Part shown: piece by piece, positions 17,589 through 35,385 of the stretch
Layout: every line of letters begins with the position of its first letter
Position numbering within the stretch: the stretch's first letter is position 1
Assembly: GCF_055900595.2 (NCBI RefSeq)
Contig: NZ_CM148325.1
Strand: one strand, 5' to 3'
DNA: 64,000 nt
Notes under the pieces: generated by a model
What the model saw: only the letters and a program-made list of their open reading frames with translations
Database searches by the model: none
Told to the model about the DNA's origin: nothing
Position numbers and translations under genes: made by a program

Positions 17589-17808
17589 TACACTAACGGA
17601 CCGGTAAACAACCGTCCGTGTTGTTTACCGGGATAAACTCATCAACGTCTCTGCTAAACAACTGGCAACCAAATCACGGATATTGGTTAACCAATTTACG
17701 AGTGAAAAGTATACGAATAGAGTGTGCCTTCGCACTATTCAACAGCAATGATAGGCGCTCACCTGACAACGCGGTAAACTAGTTATTCACGCTAACTATA
17801 ATGGTTTA

Positions 17809-18399
17809 ATGATGGATAACATGCAGACTGAAGCACAACCGACACGGACCCGGATCCTCAATGCTGCCAGAGAGATTTTTTCAGAAAATGGATTTCACAG
17901 TGCCTCGATGAAAGCCATCTGTAAATCTTGCGCCATTAGTCCCGGGACGCTCTATCACCATTTCATCTCCAAAGAAGCCTTGATTCAGGCGATTATCTTA
18001 CAGGACCAGGAGAGGGCGCTGGCCCGTTTCCGGGAACCGATTGAAGGGATTCATTTCGTTGACTATATGGTCGAGTCTATTGTCTCTCTCACCCATGAGG
18101 CCTTTGGGCAACGGGCGCTGGTGGTCGAAATTATGGCGGAAGGGATGCGTAACCCACAGGTCGCCGCCATGCTTAAAAATAAGCATATGACGATCACGGA
18201 ATTTGTTGCCCAGCGGATGCGTGATGCCCAGCAAAAAGGCGAGATAAGCCCAGACATCAACACGGCAATGACTTCACGTTTACTGCTGGATCTGACCTAC
18301 GGTGTACTGGCCGATATCGAAGCGGAAGATCTGGCGCGTGAAGCGTCGTTTGCTCAGGGATTACGCGCGATGATTGGCGGTATCTTAACCGCATCCTGA
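17809..18399 (+). CDS. uidR: TetR-family repressor of the uid operon
   Basis: 196-aa ORF; TetR-type N-terminal HTH; immediately upstream of uidA. Confidence 0.92.
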   Translation: MMDNMQTEAQPTRTRILNAAREIFSENGFHSASMKAICKSCAISPGTLYHHFISKEALIQAIILQDQERALARFREPIEGIHFVDYMVESIVSLTHEAFGQRALVVEIMAEGMRNPQVAAMLKNKHMTITEFVAQRMRDAQQKGEISPDINTAMTSRLLLDLTYGVLADIEAEDLAREASFAQGLRAMIGGILTAS

Positions 18400-18554
18400 T
18401 CCTCTCTCTTTCCGCGGGCTGGTGACAACTGAGCCCGCGTTTCATATCGTAATTTCTCTGTGCAAAAATCATCCTCCCAGGGATCGGAGAATCCCACCTA
18501 AATATTCATCTTAGCAATATATCATGAGGGTTTATCGCTCCCAATATGTTCGAA

Positions 18555-18564
18555 CGAACGTTCG
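18555..18564. promoter_or_regulatory. Palindrome cgaacgttcg in uidA upstream region; candidate UidR/UxuR operator
   Basis: Perfect 10-bp palindrome within ttcgaacgaacgttcgattg, about 220 bp upstream of the uidA start. Confidence 0.35.
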
Positions 18565-18735
18565 ATTGCTTATTTTGTGGCTTCTGTCAACGCTGTTTTA
18601 AAGATTAATGCGATCAATATCACGCTGTGGGTATTGCAGTTTTTGGTTTTTTGATCGCGGTGTCAGTTCTTTTTATTTCCATTTCTCTTCCATGGGTTTC
18701 TCACAGATAACTGTGTGCAACACAGAATTGGTTAA

Positions 18736-21968
<3,233 letters not shown>

Positions 21969-22006
21969 TATTCAATAAAAATAATCAGAACATCAAAGGT
22001 GCAACT

Positions 22007-23272
22007 ATGAGAAAAATAGTGGCCATGGCCGTTATTTGCCTGACGGCTGCCTCTGGCCTTACCTCTGCTTACGCGGCGCAACTGGCTGACGATGAAGCGG
22101 GACTACGCATCAGACTGAAAAACGAATTGCGCAGGGCGGATAAGCCCAGTGCTGGCGCGGGAAGAGATATTTACGCATGGGTACAGGGAGGATTGCTCGA
22201 TTTCAATAGTGGTTATTATTCCAATATTATTGGCGTTGAAGGCGGGGCGTATTATGTTTATAAATTAGGTGCTCGTGCTGATATGAGTACCCGGTGGTAT
22301 CTTGATGGTGATAAAAGTTTTGGCTTTGCCTTGGGTGCAGTAAAAATAAAACACAGTGAAAATAGCCTGCTTAAATTAGGTCGCTTCGGGACGGATTATA
22401 GTTATGGTAGCTTACCTTATCGTATTCCGTTAATTGCTGGCAGTTCGCAACGTACATTACCGACAGTTTCTGAAGGAGCATTAGGTTACTGGGCTTTAAC
22501 GCCAAATATTGATCTGTGGGGAATGTGGCGGTCACGAGTATTTTTATGGACCGATTCAACAACCGGTATTCGTGATGAAGGGGTTTATAACAGCCAGACG
22601 GGAAAATACGATAAACATCGCGCACGTTCTTTTTTAGCCGCCAGTTGGCATGATGATACCAGTCGCTATTCTCTGGGGGCATCGGTACAGAAAGATGTTT
22701 CCAATCAGATACAAAGTATTCTCGAGAAAAGCATACCGCTCGACCCGAATTATACGTTGAAAGGGGAGTTGCTCGGCTTTTACGCGCAACTCGAAGGTTT
22801 AAGTCGTAATACCAGCCAGCCCAATGAAACGGCGTTGGTTAGTGGACAATTGACCTGGAATGCGCCGTGGGGAAGCGTATTTGGCAGTGGTGGTTATTTG
22901 CGCCATGCAATGAATGGTGCCGTGGTGGACACCGACATTGGCTATCCCTTTTCATTAAGTCTTGATCGTAACCGTGAAGGAATGCAGTCCTGGCAATTGG
23001 GCGTCTATTATCGTTTAACTCCGCAATTTACGCTGACATTTGCACCGATTGTGACTCGCGGCTATGAATCCAGTAAACGAGATGTGCGGATTGAAGGCGC
23101 GGGTATCTTAGGTGGTATGAACTATCGGGTCAGCGAAGGGCCGTTACAAGGGATGAATTTCTTTCTTGCTGCCGATAAAGGGCGGGAAAAGCGCGATGGC
23201 AGTACACTGGGCGATCACCTGAATTACTGGGATGTGAAAATGAGTATTCAGTATGACTTTATGCTGAAGTAA
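22007..23272 (+). CDS. uidC: Outer-membrane glucuronide porin
   Basis: 421-aa ORF with signal peptide and C-terminal aromatic residues; third gene of the uid operon. Confidence 0.92.
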   Translation: MRKIVAMAVICLTAASGLTSAYAAQLADDEAGLRIRLKNELRRADKPSAGAGRDIYAWVQGGLLDFNSGYYSNIIGVEGGAYYVYKLGARADMSTRWYLDGDKSFGFALGAVKIKHSENSLLKLGRFGTDYSYGSLPYRIPLIAGSSQRTLPTVSEGALGYWALTPNIDLWGMWRSRVFLWTDSTTGIRDEGVYNSQTGKYDKHRARSFLAASWHDDTSRYSLGASVQKDVSNQIQSILEKSIPLDPNYTLKGELLGFYAQLEGLSRNTSQPNETALVSGQLTWNAPWGSVFGSGGYLRHAMNGAVVDTDIGYPFSLSLDRNREGMQSWQLGVYYRLTPQFTLTFAPIVTRGYESSKRDVRIEGAGILGGMNYRVSEGPLQGMNFFLAADKGREKRDGSTLGDHLNYWDVKMSIQYDFMLK

Positions 23273-23280
23273 GAAAAAAC

Positions 23281-23308
23281 GCCGGAGAGAAAAATCTCCG
23301 GCATTTTG
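23281..23308. terminator. Bidirectional terminator between convergent uidC and ydgA
   Basis: Hairpin gccggagag-aaaaa-tctccggc followed by attttgg; A-rich on the other side. Confidence 0.6.
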
Positions 23309-23316
23309 GCTGTGAA

Positions 23317-24825
23317 TTACTGCTGCGGAATAGCGGGTACAGCCGGAACGTTTAATGCCGGCATCGCAAACATGCCAACAAAATCTTCCAGTGGCATTTT
23401 CTGCCCGTTTAACGTGATCTGACCGTTAGCATATTGCAGGCTGGTGGTGATGGTATTGTCCTGCAAGGTGGTCAGACGGAACATCTGCCCCATTGCTGAT
23501 GCACCTTCAACTTGCTGTTTCGCCAGTTTTTTCGCTTGATCTTCCTGATAACCTTCCAGCTTCGCTACCTGAGTCATCAACTCAGTTGCCATATCCACCG
23601 GAATGGTCAGTTTCGCATCCAGAGATTTAACCGAGCGGTCTACTTCCTGTGCCAGCGTTTGCGGCGCTTCTTTTGTCGTTGCCGGATCTTTCAGGAACAG
23701 CGACAGATTCAACGCACTTTCACCCTGACTGTTTTTCCAGCTTAACGGCGCGATAGTAATCACCGGATCGCCTTTCAACATCAGCGGCAGGGCGCTAAAG
23801 AAGGCTTCCGTCACTTTCTCCTGATAAAGTTCGGGATTGTTGGCAATCTCTGGCTGTGCCAGAAGCGCCTGAGTTTGCGCGTTATATTGCTGACTAAACT
23901 GATGCCAGGCTTCGCCATCAATCTGGCCGACTTTTAAAGTCAGCTTGCCGCTGCCCAGATCCTGATTCTGTACCTTAAGGCTATTTAGCGAGTAATCCAG
24001 TTGGCTATTGATCGTTTTACCGTCATTGACCAGATCCGATTTACCGCTGATCTCCATGCCTTCCAGCAGTGCCAGTTCTTTGCCTTCCACTGAAATGGTC
24101 ATTTTCTCCAGCGACAGTTTTTGGTTTCCTACGCGCTCACCAAAACTTGCCAGCGTGCTGGAACCGTCGGTTTTCAGATTATTAAAGGTCAACTGCACTT
24201 TCTGGTTGTATTCGTTAACCGCGTCTATCCGACCACTTTGCGCCTCCCCTGAAAGGGAGATAGTTTTACCGTCTCTGTCAGCATTTAACTGGAACTCGCC
24301 GCCGCTAAAGGCGACTTTTTCATCCTTTTGCTCGTAATTCAGTGGCTTGAGCGAAATATCGGAACTGGAATCACCGCTATAACCAATGCGGGAGTTAATC
24401 TCAAAAGGCGTTTCACCCTTTGCCATATCAAACAGTGGCTTGCTTACTTCGTTATTGACCAGCGTGGTTTGAATTGATGCCATAGACGGGATCAGGTTCA
24501 GTTTTTTAAGCTGGGCAAAGGGGAAGGGGCCATGATCAACTGATTCGTTGAAGATGACGCTCTGACCACTTTTAATCCACGGATTTTCTTTTCCGGCAAC
24601 GGGTTTCACCAACAGCTGCAACTGGCTGCTGAATACGCCGCGATGATAGTTTTGATAACTTACTTCCAGGTTGGATTCAGGAGCTGTCAGTTTGAGTTGC
24701 GCGTTCGCCTGCGCGACCATGTCTTCGAGATGGGTTTCTATCTTCTTGCCTGTATACCATGCGCCGCCTGTCCAGACTACGCCTAGCGCAACAATGACGC
24801 CTACCGCTACCAGCGATTTATTCAT
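23317..24825 (-). CDS. ydgA: DUF945-family periplasmic/membrane protein YdgA
   Basis: 502-aa ORF with N-terminal anchor; position between uidC and manA. Confidence 0.88.
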   Translation of the reverse strand: MNKSLVAVGVIVALGVVWTGGAWYTGKKIETHLEDMVAQANAQLKLTAPESNLEVSYQNYHRGVFSSQLQLLVKPVAGKENPWIKSGQSVIFNESVDHGPFPFAQLKKLNLIPSMASIQTTLVNNEVSKPLFDMAKGETPFEINSRIGYSGDSSSDISLKPLNYEQKDEKVAFSGGEFQLNADRDGKTISLSGEAQSGRIDAVNEYNQKVQLTFNNLKTDGSSTLASFGERVGNQKLSLEKMTISVEGKELALLEGMEISGKSDLVNDGKTINSQLDYSLNSLKVQNQDLGSGKLTLKVGQIDGEAWHQFSQQYNAQTQALLAQPEIANNPELYQEKVTEAFFSALPLMLKGDPVITIAPLSWKNSQGESALNLSLFLKDPATTKEAPQTLAQEVDRSVKSLDAKLTIPVDMATELMTQVAKLEGYQEDQAKKLAKQQVEGASAMGQMFRLTTLQDNTITTSLQYANGQITLNGQKMPLEDFVGMFAMPALNVPAVPAIPQQ

Positions 24826-24925
24826 AATGATTATCCATAAAATGAAATCAGGCGGACTGGCCGCCTGAAGGTGTTATAAGCCTTTAATAAGCTTAGCAAG
24901 AGATGTTAATTTTTTCAGTAAGCTC

Positions 24926-26101
24926 TTACAGCTTGTTGTAAACACGCGCTAAACGGCCGTGGCCTTTGACAGTCACCGGTGATTCGTTGGCGGCAATAAA
25001 CGCTGATTCACCCGGTTTAAGCTGTAACTGCTGAGAACCTTTACACAGCGTTGCATCGCCTTCGACGCAGAACAAAATGGCGGCACTCTGCTGGCTGATG
25101 GTGGTTTCTTCTTCGCTAAGGTCATGCAGCGAGAAGGCAAAATCATCCACCGGAATCGGGAAGTCCAGTTCTGCACCTTGTTTCACTGGCTGGGTCAACA
25201 ACTGGTTAGCCGGTTTGGCTTCGAACTTCACGTTGGCAACCAGTTCCGGAATATCAATATATTTAGGCGTCAGACCCGCACGCAGCACGTTATCGGAGTT
25301 CGCCATCACTTCCAGCGCCACGCCTTGCAGGTAAGCGTGCGGCGTTTCAGCGAACAGGAACATCGCTTCGCCAGGATTCAATTTCACCACATTCAGCAAC
25401 AGCGGGGAGAACAGACCGCTGTCATCCGGGTAAAATTCAGAAATTAAACGAATCGTTTGCCACGGTTCACCCTGCTGACTGTCGAGCGCCGATTTTAAAA
25501 TCGCCAGCGCGCGGGATTTTTCTTCCCCCTGCATATTCAGCAGGCTGGCGAACAGTTCGCTTAAACGTTCGGCATCAGGCTGTTGTAAAAAGTGAGCAAT
25601 CGCCGGATGTGCACCTGCGACTGGCTGGAGTAGGGAGACAATCTCGGAAAACTCACGAAACGCGTTCATCGCAAGGAAAGGCGTCAGCGCAAAAACCAGC
25701 TCCGGCTTGTGGTTAGGATCTTTATAGTTACGCTCAGCGGCATCCATCGGAATACCTGCAGCATTTTCTTTGGCAAAACCGATTTCAGAATTGCGTTTGT
25801 TTGGATGAACCTGAATGGAGAGCGGCTGTGCTGCGCATAATACTTTGAACAGGAAAGGCAGTTCGCCAAAGCGTTTGGCAACGGCCTCTCCGAGCAGAGT
25901 CGATTTATCACTCTCAATCACATCACGCAGTGAAACGATATCTCCGGCGGCATTCTGCACTCGTGAACTGCTTTTCGGATGTGCGCCCATCCACAGCTCG
26001 GCCATCGGCTGGCTGGACGGATTTTCCATACCATAAAGTTCAGTCAACGCCGTTTTGCTGCCCCAGGCATAGTTTTGCACTGAGTTAATGAGTTTTTGCA
26101 T
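24926..26101 (-). CDS. manA: Mannose-6-phosphate isomerase
   Basis: ORF 24926..26179; start at internal Met MQKLINSVQNYAWGSKTALTELYG gives the 391-aa ManA length. Confidence 0.95.
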   Translation of the reverse strand: MQKLINSVQNYAWGSKTALTELYGMENPSSQPMAELWMGAHPKSSSRVQNAAGDIVSLRDVIESDKSTLLGEAVAKRFGELPFLFKVLCAAQPLSIQVHPNKRNSEIGFAKENAAGIPMDAAERNYKDPNHKPELVFALTPFLAMNAFREFSEIVSLLQPVAGAHPAIAHFLQQPDAERLSELFASLLNMQGEEKSRALAILKSALDSQQGEPWQTIRLISEFYPDDSGLFSPLLLNVVKLNPGEAMFLFAETPHAYLQGVALEVMANSDNVLRAGLTPKYIDIPELVANVKFEAKPANQLLTQPVKQGAELDFPIPVDDFAFSLHDLSEEETTISQQSAAILFCVEGDATLCKGSQQLQLKPGESAFIAANESPVTVKGHGRLARVYNKL

Positions 26102-26299
26102 GATCAATCCCTGTTTTAATGTGGAAATTAATCCCGCTATTAAAGCAAGAATCCTACGGGAAGTAACCTGGAGCCGCAAAAAGTCGTACTAGTCTCAGTT
26201 TTTGTTAAAAAACTGTGTAGGATATTGTTACTCGCTTTTAACAGGGCAACGGAACACCCGCCCAGAGCATAACCAAACCAGGCAGTAAGTGAGAGAACA

Positions 26300-27946
26300 A
26301 TGTCAAACAAACCCTTTCATTATCAGGCTCCTTTTCCACTCAAAAAAGATGATACTGAGTATTACCTGCTAACCAGCGAACACGTTAGCGTATCTGAATT
26401 TGAAGGGCAGGAGATTTTGAAAGTCGCACCCGAAGCGTTAACTCTGTTGGCGCGTCAGGCGTTTCATGATGCGTCATTTATGCTGCGTCCGGCTCACCAA
26501 CAACAGGTGGCCGACATTCTGCGTGACCCGGAGGCCAGCGAAAATGATAAATATGTGGCGCTGCAATTCCTGCGTAACTCCGACATCGCGGCAAAAGGCG
26601 TTCTGCCAACCTGTCAGGATACCGGCACCGCGATTATTGTTGGTAAAAAAGGGCAGCGTGTATGGACCGGTGGCGGTGATGAAGCAGCGCTGGCGCGCGG
26701 TGTCTATAACACTTATATCGAGGATAATCTGCGCTACTCGCAAAACGCGCCGCTGGATATGTATAAAGAGGTGAATACCGGCACTAACTTACCAGCGCAG
26801 ATCGATCTTTATGCCGTTGATGGTGACGAGTACAAATTCCTCTGTATCGCCAAAGGTGGCGGTTCGGCAAACAAGACGTATCTCTATCAGGAAACCAAAG
26901 CGTTACTGACGCCGGGAAAACTGAAAAATTACCTGGTTGAGAAGATGCGCACGCTGGGTACGGCGGCCTGTCCTCCCTATCATATTGCGTTCGTTATTGG
27001 TGGAACTTCTGCAGAAACGAATCTTAAAACGGTGAAACTGGCTTCCGCTAAATACTATGATGAACTGCCAACGGAAGGGAATGAGCACGGTCAGGCGTTC
27101 CGCGATGTGGAACTTGAAAAAGAATTGCTGATCGAAGCGCAAAATCTTGGTCTGGGTGCGCAGTTTGGTGGTAAATACTTCGCTCACGACATCCGCGTGA
27201 TTCGCCTGCCACGTCACGGCGCATCCTGCCCGGTCGGTATGGGCGTCTCCTGTTCTGCTGACCGTAATATCAAAGCGAAGATCAACCGTCAGGGGATCTG
27301 GATCGAAAAACTGGAACATAATCCAGGCAAATATATCCCGGAAGAGCTGCGCAAAGCGGGAGAAGGCGAAGCAGTGCGCGTTGACCTTAACCGTCCGATG
27401 AAAGAGATCCTCGCACAGTTGTCGCAGTATCCCGTTTCTACACGCTTATCGCTGAATGGCACGATTATCGTCGGTCGTGATATTGCTCACGCCAAACTGA
27501 AAGAGCGGATGGATAACGGTGAAGGGCTGCCGCAGTACATCAAAGATCATCCGATTTACTATGCGGGTCCGGCCAAAACGCCGGAAGGTTATGCCTCCGG
27601 TTCTCTTGGCCCAACGACCGCCGGACGGATGGATTCTTATGTCGATCAACTGCAAGCGCAGGGCGGCAGTATGATCATGCTGGCGAAAGGCAACCGCAGC
27701 CAGCAGGTGACGGATGCCTGTAAAAAACACGGCGGTTTCTACCTCGGTAGTATCGGTGGTCCGGCAGCAGTATTGGCGCAGGGAAGTATTAAGAGCCTGG
27801 AATGTGTTGAATATCCGGAACTGGGAATGGAAGCCATCTGGAAAATTGAAGTAGAAGATTTCCCGGCGTTTATCCTTGTGGATGATAAAGGAAATGACTT
27901 CTTCCAGCAGATACAACTCACACAGTGCACCCGCTGTGTGAAATAA
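26300..27946 (+). CDS. fumA: Class I fumarate hydratase (Fe-S, aerobic)
   Basis: 548-aa ORF; typical class I fumarase. Confidence 0.96.
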   Translation: MSNKPFHYQAPFPLKKDDTEYYLLTSEHVSVSEFEGQEILKVAPEALTLLARQAFHDASFMLRPAHQQQVADILRDPEASENDKYVALQFLRNSDIAAKGVLPTCQDTGTAIIVGKKGQRVWTGGGDEAALARGVYNTYIEDNLRYSQNAPLDMYKEVNTGTNLPAQIDLYAVDGDEYKFLCIAKGGGSANKTYLYQETKALLTPGKLKNYLVEKMRTLGTAACPPYHIAFVIGGTSAETNLKTVKLASAKYYDELPTEGNEHGQAFRDVELEKELLIEAQNLGLGAQFGGKYFAHDIRVIRLPRHGASCPVGMGVSCSADRNIKAKINRQGIWIEKLEHNPGKYIPEELRKAGEGEAVRVDLNRPMKEILAQLSQYPVSTRLSLNGTIIVGRDIAHAKLKERMDNGEGLPQYIKDHPIYYAGPAKTPEGYASGSLGPTTAGRMDSYVDQLQAQGGSMIMLAKGNRSQQVTDACKKHGGFYLGSIGGPAAVLAQGSIKSLECVEYPELGMEAIWKIEVEDFPAFILVDDKGNDFFQQIQLTQCTRCVK

Positions 27947-27949
27947 ACA

Positions 27950-27976
27950 GAGCCGCCCTTCGGGGCGGTTTTTTTA
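27950..27976 (+). terminator. Rho-independent terminator of fumA
   Basis: GC hairpin gccgccc-ttcg-gggcgg followed by T7, directly after the fumA stop. Confidence 0.7.
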
Positions 27977-28088
27977 CATGGCACGAAAGACCAAACATTT
28001 GTTATCAAATAGTAAATAATGAGTGAGCTAAAAGTTGCTTAACGAAAGCAAAACAGAAAGAAAAAATTAATCAGGTGAGGAGCAGGCC

Positions 28089-31796
<3,708 letters not shown>

Positions 31797-31799
31797 CGC

Positions 31800-32519
31800 T
31801 TATTCCCATGCATGAGGCGCAAAAAGATAGCCTTTGTTACGCACAGTTTTAATGCGATAAGGTTCTGCGGCGTTATCGAGCAGTTTTTTTCTTAATCGCG
31901 AAATAGCCACATCCACGCTACGATCCAGACCATCATAACTGACGCCACGTAAGTTCTTCAGCAATGCATCGCGGTCCATGATTTGCCCGGCATGAGTGGC
32001 TAATTCCCACAATAATTCGAAATCAGCCGTCGAGAGCGAGATTTCAGCATTAGCCAGAGTGACTACGCGGTTGATGGGATCGATAGTCAACGTGCCGAAA
32101 TGCAGGGCTTTGTAGGGAGTCAGCGTCGTTTCCTGAAGACCTTTGCTCAGTGTGGCTTGCTCATTCTGACGTAAATGCAAACGTAAACGCGCTAACAAAA
32201 CAGCAGGGGGCGTCGTTTTGAGAATATAGTCGCAGGCACCCATTTCTAGTGCCAGGATGTGGTTCATATCGCTATCGAGAGAGGTTAGAAGAACAATCGG
32301 TCCGGACCACTTTGCGCGTAAATCACGACAAATGGTCATGCCGTCCTTGCCTGGTAGCATGATATCGAGTAACACCAAATCCGGATTTTCTCGCAGAATA
32401 GTTTCTTCGGCCTGGTCGCCGCGCGGCTCTACGGTAACCTGCATATCATGTTTTGCCAGGTACGCGGCAATCAGTGAACCGACTTCCGCATCATCTTCCA
32501 CAAATACGATAGTGTTCAT
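31800..32519 (-). CDS. rstA: OmpR-family response regulator RstA
   Basis: ORF 31800..32579; start set at MNTIVFVEDD (239 aa); receiver plus winged-helix domains. Confidence 0.92.
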   Translation of the reverse strand: MNTIVFVEDDAEVGSLIAAYLAKHDMQVTVEPRGDQAEETILRENPDLVLLDIMLPGKDGMTICRDLRAKWSGPIVLLTSLDSDMNHILALEMGACDYILKTTPPAVLLARLRLHLRQNEQATLSKGLQETTLTPYKALHFGTLTIDPINRVVTLANAEISLSTADFELLWELATHAGQIMDRDALLKNLRGVSYDGLDRSVDVAISRLRKKLLDNAAEPYRIKTVRNKGYLFAPHAWE

Positions 32520-32647
32520 ATTATTCACGGTAGATATAAAAACGTCACAATACACCGCGCTGTTTTTACTTACTATCAATCGTTTCTAAACAAGGTTTCA
32601 TCAGGTATTCTACTGGTGACTTGTTATGGAAGTGTTAAGGTAAAAAG

Positions 32648-32983
32648 ATGGGGCTGGTAATCAAAGCCGCGCTCGGTGCGCTGGTAGTGCTGTTGATTGG
32701 TGTATTAGCAAAAACGAAAAATTATTATATCGCCGGACTGATTCCGCTTTTTCCGACTTTTGCGCTCATCGCGCATTATATTGTTGCCAGCGAACGCGGC
32801 ATTGAAGCCTTACGTGCAACAATCATTTTTAGTATGTGGTCGATAATTCCCTATTTTGTTTACCTGGTGTCGCTGTGGTATTTCACCGGAATTATGCGCT
32901 TGTCCGCCGCTTTTATCGGTTCTGTAGTGTGCTGGGGACTAAGCGCATGGGTGTTGATTATATGCTGGATTAAGCTGCATTAA
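32648..32983 (+). CDS. ydgC: GlpM-family small inner membrane protein
   Basis: 111-aa hydrophobic ORF. Confidence 0.85.
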   Translation: MGLVIKAALGALVVLLIGVLAKTKNYYIAGLIPLFPTFALIAHYIVASERGIEALRATIIFSMWSIIPYFVYLVSLWYFTGIMRLSAAFIGSVVCWGLSAWVLIICWIKLH

Positions 32984-33702
32984 CGCAGATGACGACCGCC
33001 ATCAAGTGGGAAACTGCGTCCGGTGACAAAGCAACTGGTAAGTAAGTAATCGACCAGGTCGATCACTTCTTTCTCGCCAGGCGCGGTTTTCATCAGTGAT
33101 TTATTCAGCGCCTGTTGTCGATATTCGGCATCATCATGCTCATTAAACAGGATCAGCGATGGCGCAATAGAATTCACTTTCACTTCCGGTGCCAGCTTGC
33201 GGGCAAACGAGCGGGTCATATTATCCAGTGCCGCTTTGCTTGCAGCATAGGCAATATGTTTGTCGCTACCGCGCTCCACCACATAATCGGTAAAGTGAAT
33301 GATATCGCTGGCGGCGTGTCCGTGCCCACGCAGTAATCTTTCCAGCGCGTGGTTAAGTAGGTATGGGGCATTAACGTGGATCTGCATCATGCAGGCCAGT
33401 ACGTCGGTGAGTGGCATACCTGGTTTTTCTGCCATCCACGCACTGGCATTGTGCAACACCGCACGCAGGCCGTGGGTGCTTTTTAGCACTTCATCGGCAA
33501 ACGCCATCACACCGTCGTTGGTCGAAAAATCAGCCTGAATACACAGCGCACCCGCATTCATCAGCCCATCAATGGCAGGATAGTGTGTCCGATAGCTGAC
33601 TATCACCGGTTGCTTTTGATTAATGAAATGCCATGCGAGGGCGAGGCCGATGCGACGGCCGCCTCCAGTAATTAATATTGGCAAGGGCTGGGTTTTACCC
33701 AT
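32980..33702 (-). CDS. folM: Dihydromonapterin/dihydrofolate reductase (SDR family)
   Basis: 240-aa ORF starting MGKTQPLPILITGGGRRIGLALA, an SDR Rossmann motif. Confidence 0.9.
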   Translation of the reverse strand: MGKTQPLPILITGGGRRIGLALAWHFINQKQPVIVSYRTHYPAIDGLMNAGALCIQADFSTNDGVMAFADEVLKSTHGLRAVLHNASAWMAEKPGMPLTDVLACMMQIHVNAPYLLNHALERLLRGHGHAASDIIHFTDYVVERGSDKHIAYAASKAALDNMTRSFARKLAPEVKVNSIAPSLILFNEHDDAEYRQQALNKSLMKTAPGEKEVIDLVDYLLTSCFVTGRSFPLDGGRHLR

Positions 33703-33738
33703 CGTTATCTCCTTTGCTATCCAACGATGGGATGAACG

Positions 33739-35121
33739 TTATCCCACCAGCATCCAGGTCGCCGGAACTGAGGCAATTAACAGCATGCCAATCAGCACCA
33801 TTTCCTGACGATTCAGTACATTATCATGTGTATGCGTTTTACGCGCGTACAGGAAGACCAGTAGCCCTGGCGCATACAGAACGACGGACAACAGCAGATG
33901 CATTGGACCAGAGGCGTACAATAACCATAAGCCATAAATGCAGGCACCGACACCTACCGCTTTATGCAGTGGACGGGTTGCAATTTTCAGCAAGAACGCG
34001 CCGACCAGGAAATAAGGTACCAGAATCATTTCTGAGGCGATGGTCAGCAACGTGTTGTAATCGGAACCGGTCAGCCAGATCAGTACCAGACAAATTTGCA
34101 CGCAGATATTGGTCAGCCACAGTGAGGCGGATGGCGCGGCTTGTGCGTTCTGGCGCGCAAAAATGCGCGGGAATGCTTTATGGGTGGCTGCCAGGAACGG
34201 AACTTCTGCCGCCATGATGGTCCAGCTTAAGTACGCACCGCAAACGGAAACGATCAAACCGGCAGCGATGATGATTTCGCCCCACGGTCCCATCATTTCC
34301 ACCATCAGACCGGCCATTGACGGGTTACGAATTTCAGCCAGTTCAGGACGTGCTACCACGCCCAGCGAAAGCAGCGTTACCAGCAAGTAAACGCCCAGAG
34401 CGGAGAGAACCGCCAGCAGTGTTGCTTTACCTACATCACGTTTATTACGCGCACGCGCCGAAACGACCACAGCACCTTCCACACCAATGAAAACCCACAG
34501 GGTGATCAGCATGGTGTTTTTCACCTGTTCCCATACCGGTACGCCAAGTGCAAGGCCAGTAAAGTCGAGCTTGAAGGTGTCCAGTTTGAACATCATCATC
34601 GCCAGCACAATAAACAGGCCCAGCGGCAACAATTTTGCCAGTGTCGCCACCAGGTTAATGCTGGCAGCGGTTTGTACCCCGCGCAGGATCAAAAAGTGAA
34701 CAATCCACAATAAAGCCGAGGCACCGACGATCGATTGCCAGGTATTGCCATCGCCAAACAGACGCAATTCCGGCGTGTCCGTAAAAAAGCTTAACGCGGA
34801 AAAAACGATCACCAGATAGGAGACGTTGGCGATAACCGCGCACAGCCAGTACCCCCATGCGGAACAAAAGCCGATTAACTCACCAAACCCTTCGCGGGCA
34901 TAGGTAAAGATGCCGCCGTCAAGCTCGGGGCGAATGCGTGTGAGGATCAGCATGGCAAAGGCCAGCAATAAAATGCCAGCACCAGTAATGCTCCAGCCGA
35001 TGAGCAGTGCTGCCGGGCTGGCAACTGCCGCCATATTTTGCGGCAGACTGAAAACACCCGCGCCCAGCATTGAGCTTAATACCAGCGCGGTGAGTGCGCT
35101 CAGTCCCAGTTTCTTTTCCAT
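33739..35121 (-). CDS. ydgI: APC-family arginine:ornithine antiporter-like transporter
   Basis: 460-aa polytopic ORF of the amino acid/polyamine antiporter type. Confidence 0.9.
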   Translation of the reverse strand: MEKKLGLSALTALVLSSMLGAGVFSLPQNMAAVASPAALLIGWSITGAGILLLAFAMLILTRIRPELDGGIFTYAREGFGELIGFCSAWGYWLCAVIANVSYLVIVFSALSFFTDTPELRLFGDGNTWQSIVGASALLWIVHFLILRGVQTAASINLVATLAKLLPLGLFIVLAMMMFKLDTFKLDFTGLALGVPVWEQVKNTMLITLWVFIGVEGAVVVSARARNKRDVGKATLLAVLSALGVYLLVTLLSLGVVARPELAEIRNPSMAGLMVEMMGPWGEIIIAAGLIVSVCGAYLSWTIMAAEVPFLAATHKAFPRIFARQNAQAAPSASLWLTNICVQICLVLIWLTGSDYNTLLTIASEMILVPYFLVGAFLLKIATRPLHKAVGVGACIYGLWLLYASGPMHLLLSVVLYAPGLLVFLYARKTHTHDNVLNRQEMVLIGMLLIASVPATWMLVG

Positions 35122-35306
35122 CGATATCCAGTGGTTAAAACGTGATTAGAAGAATAAATATTAGGGCAAAACGCATAAAAATGGAGTTTGCCACTGAAGC
35201 GCGGGATTTTACGAAGAGATGTGTCTGCATGCAATGGTCGTGGGGAAATTTGTGACTAAAAATGCGAAAGGCGGCATTAAGCCGCCTTATAGTGGTAACT
35301 GAATAG

Positions 35307-35385
35307 TTATTTATACAGATCTGCGCTAACGGTGAGGTTATTACCTCGTTCCTGCCACTGGCGGGTGATGTGGTAATACTTAGCG
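35307..35385 (-). pseudogene. ydgH: Orphaned 3' end of ydgH (last ~25 codons) separated by IS10
   Basis: Minus-strand translation of 35385-35307 continues the ydgH frame as ...AKYYHITRQWQERGNNLTVSADLYK*, the expected native C-terminus. Confidence 0.75.
35377..35385. repeat. 9-bp target-site duplication, left copy (tacttagcg)
   Basis: Identical 9-mer flanks both IS10 ends; resembles the IS10 target preference NGCTNAGCN. Confidence 0.85.

Noticed and set aside
32520-32647. Possible PhoP box upstream of rstA (single TGTTTA half-site on the minus strand)
   Set aside because: Only one half-site matches clearly by eye; the second direct repeat is poor, so I did not list it as a feature.
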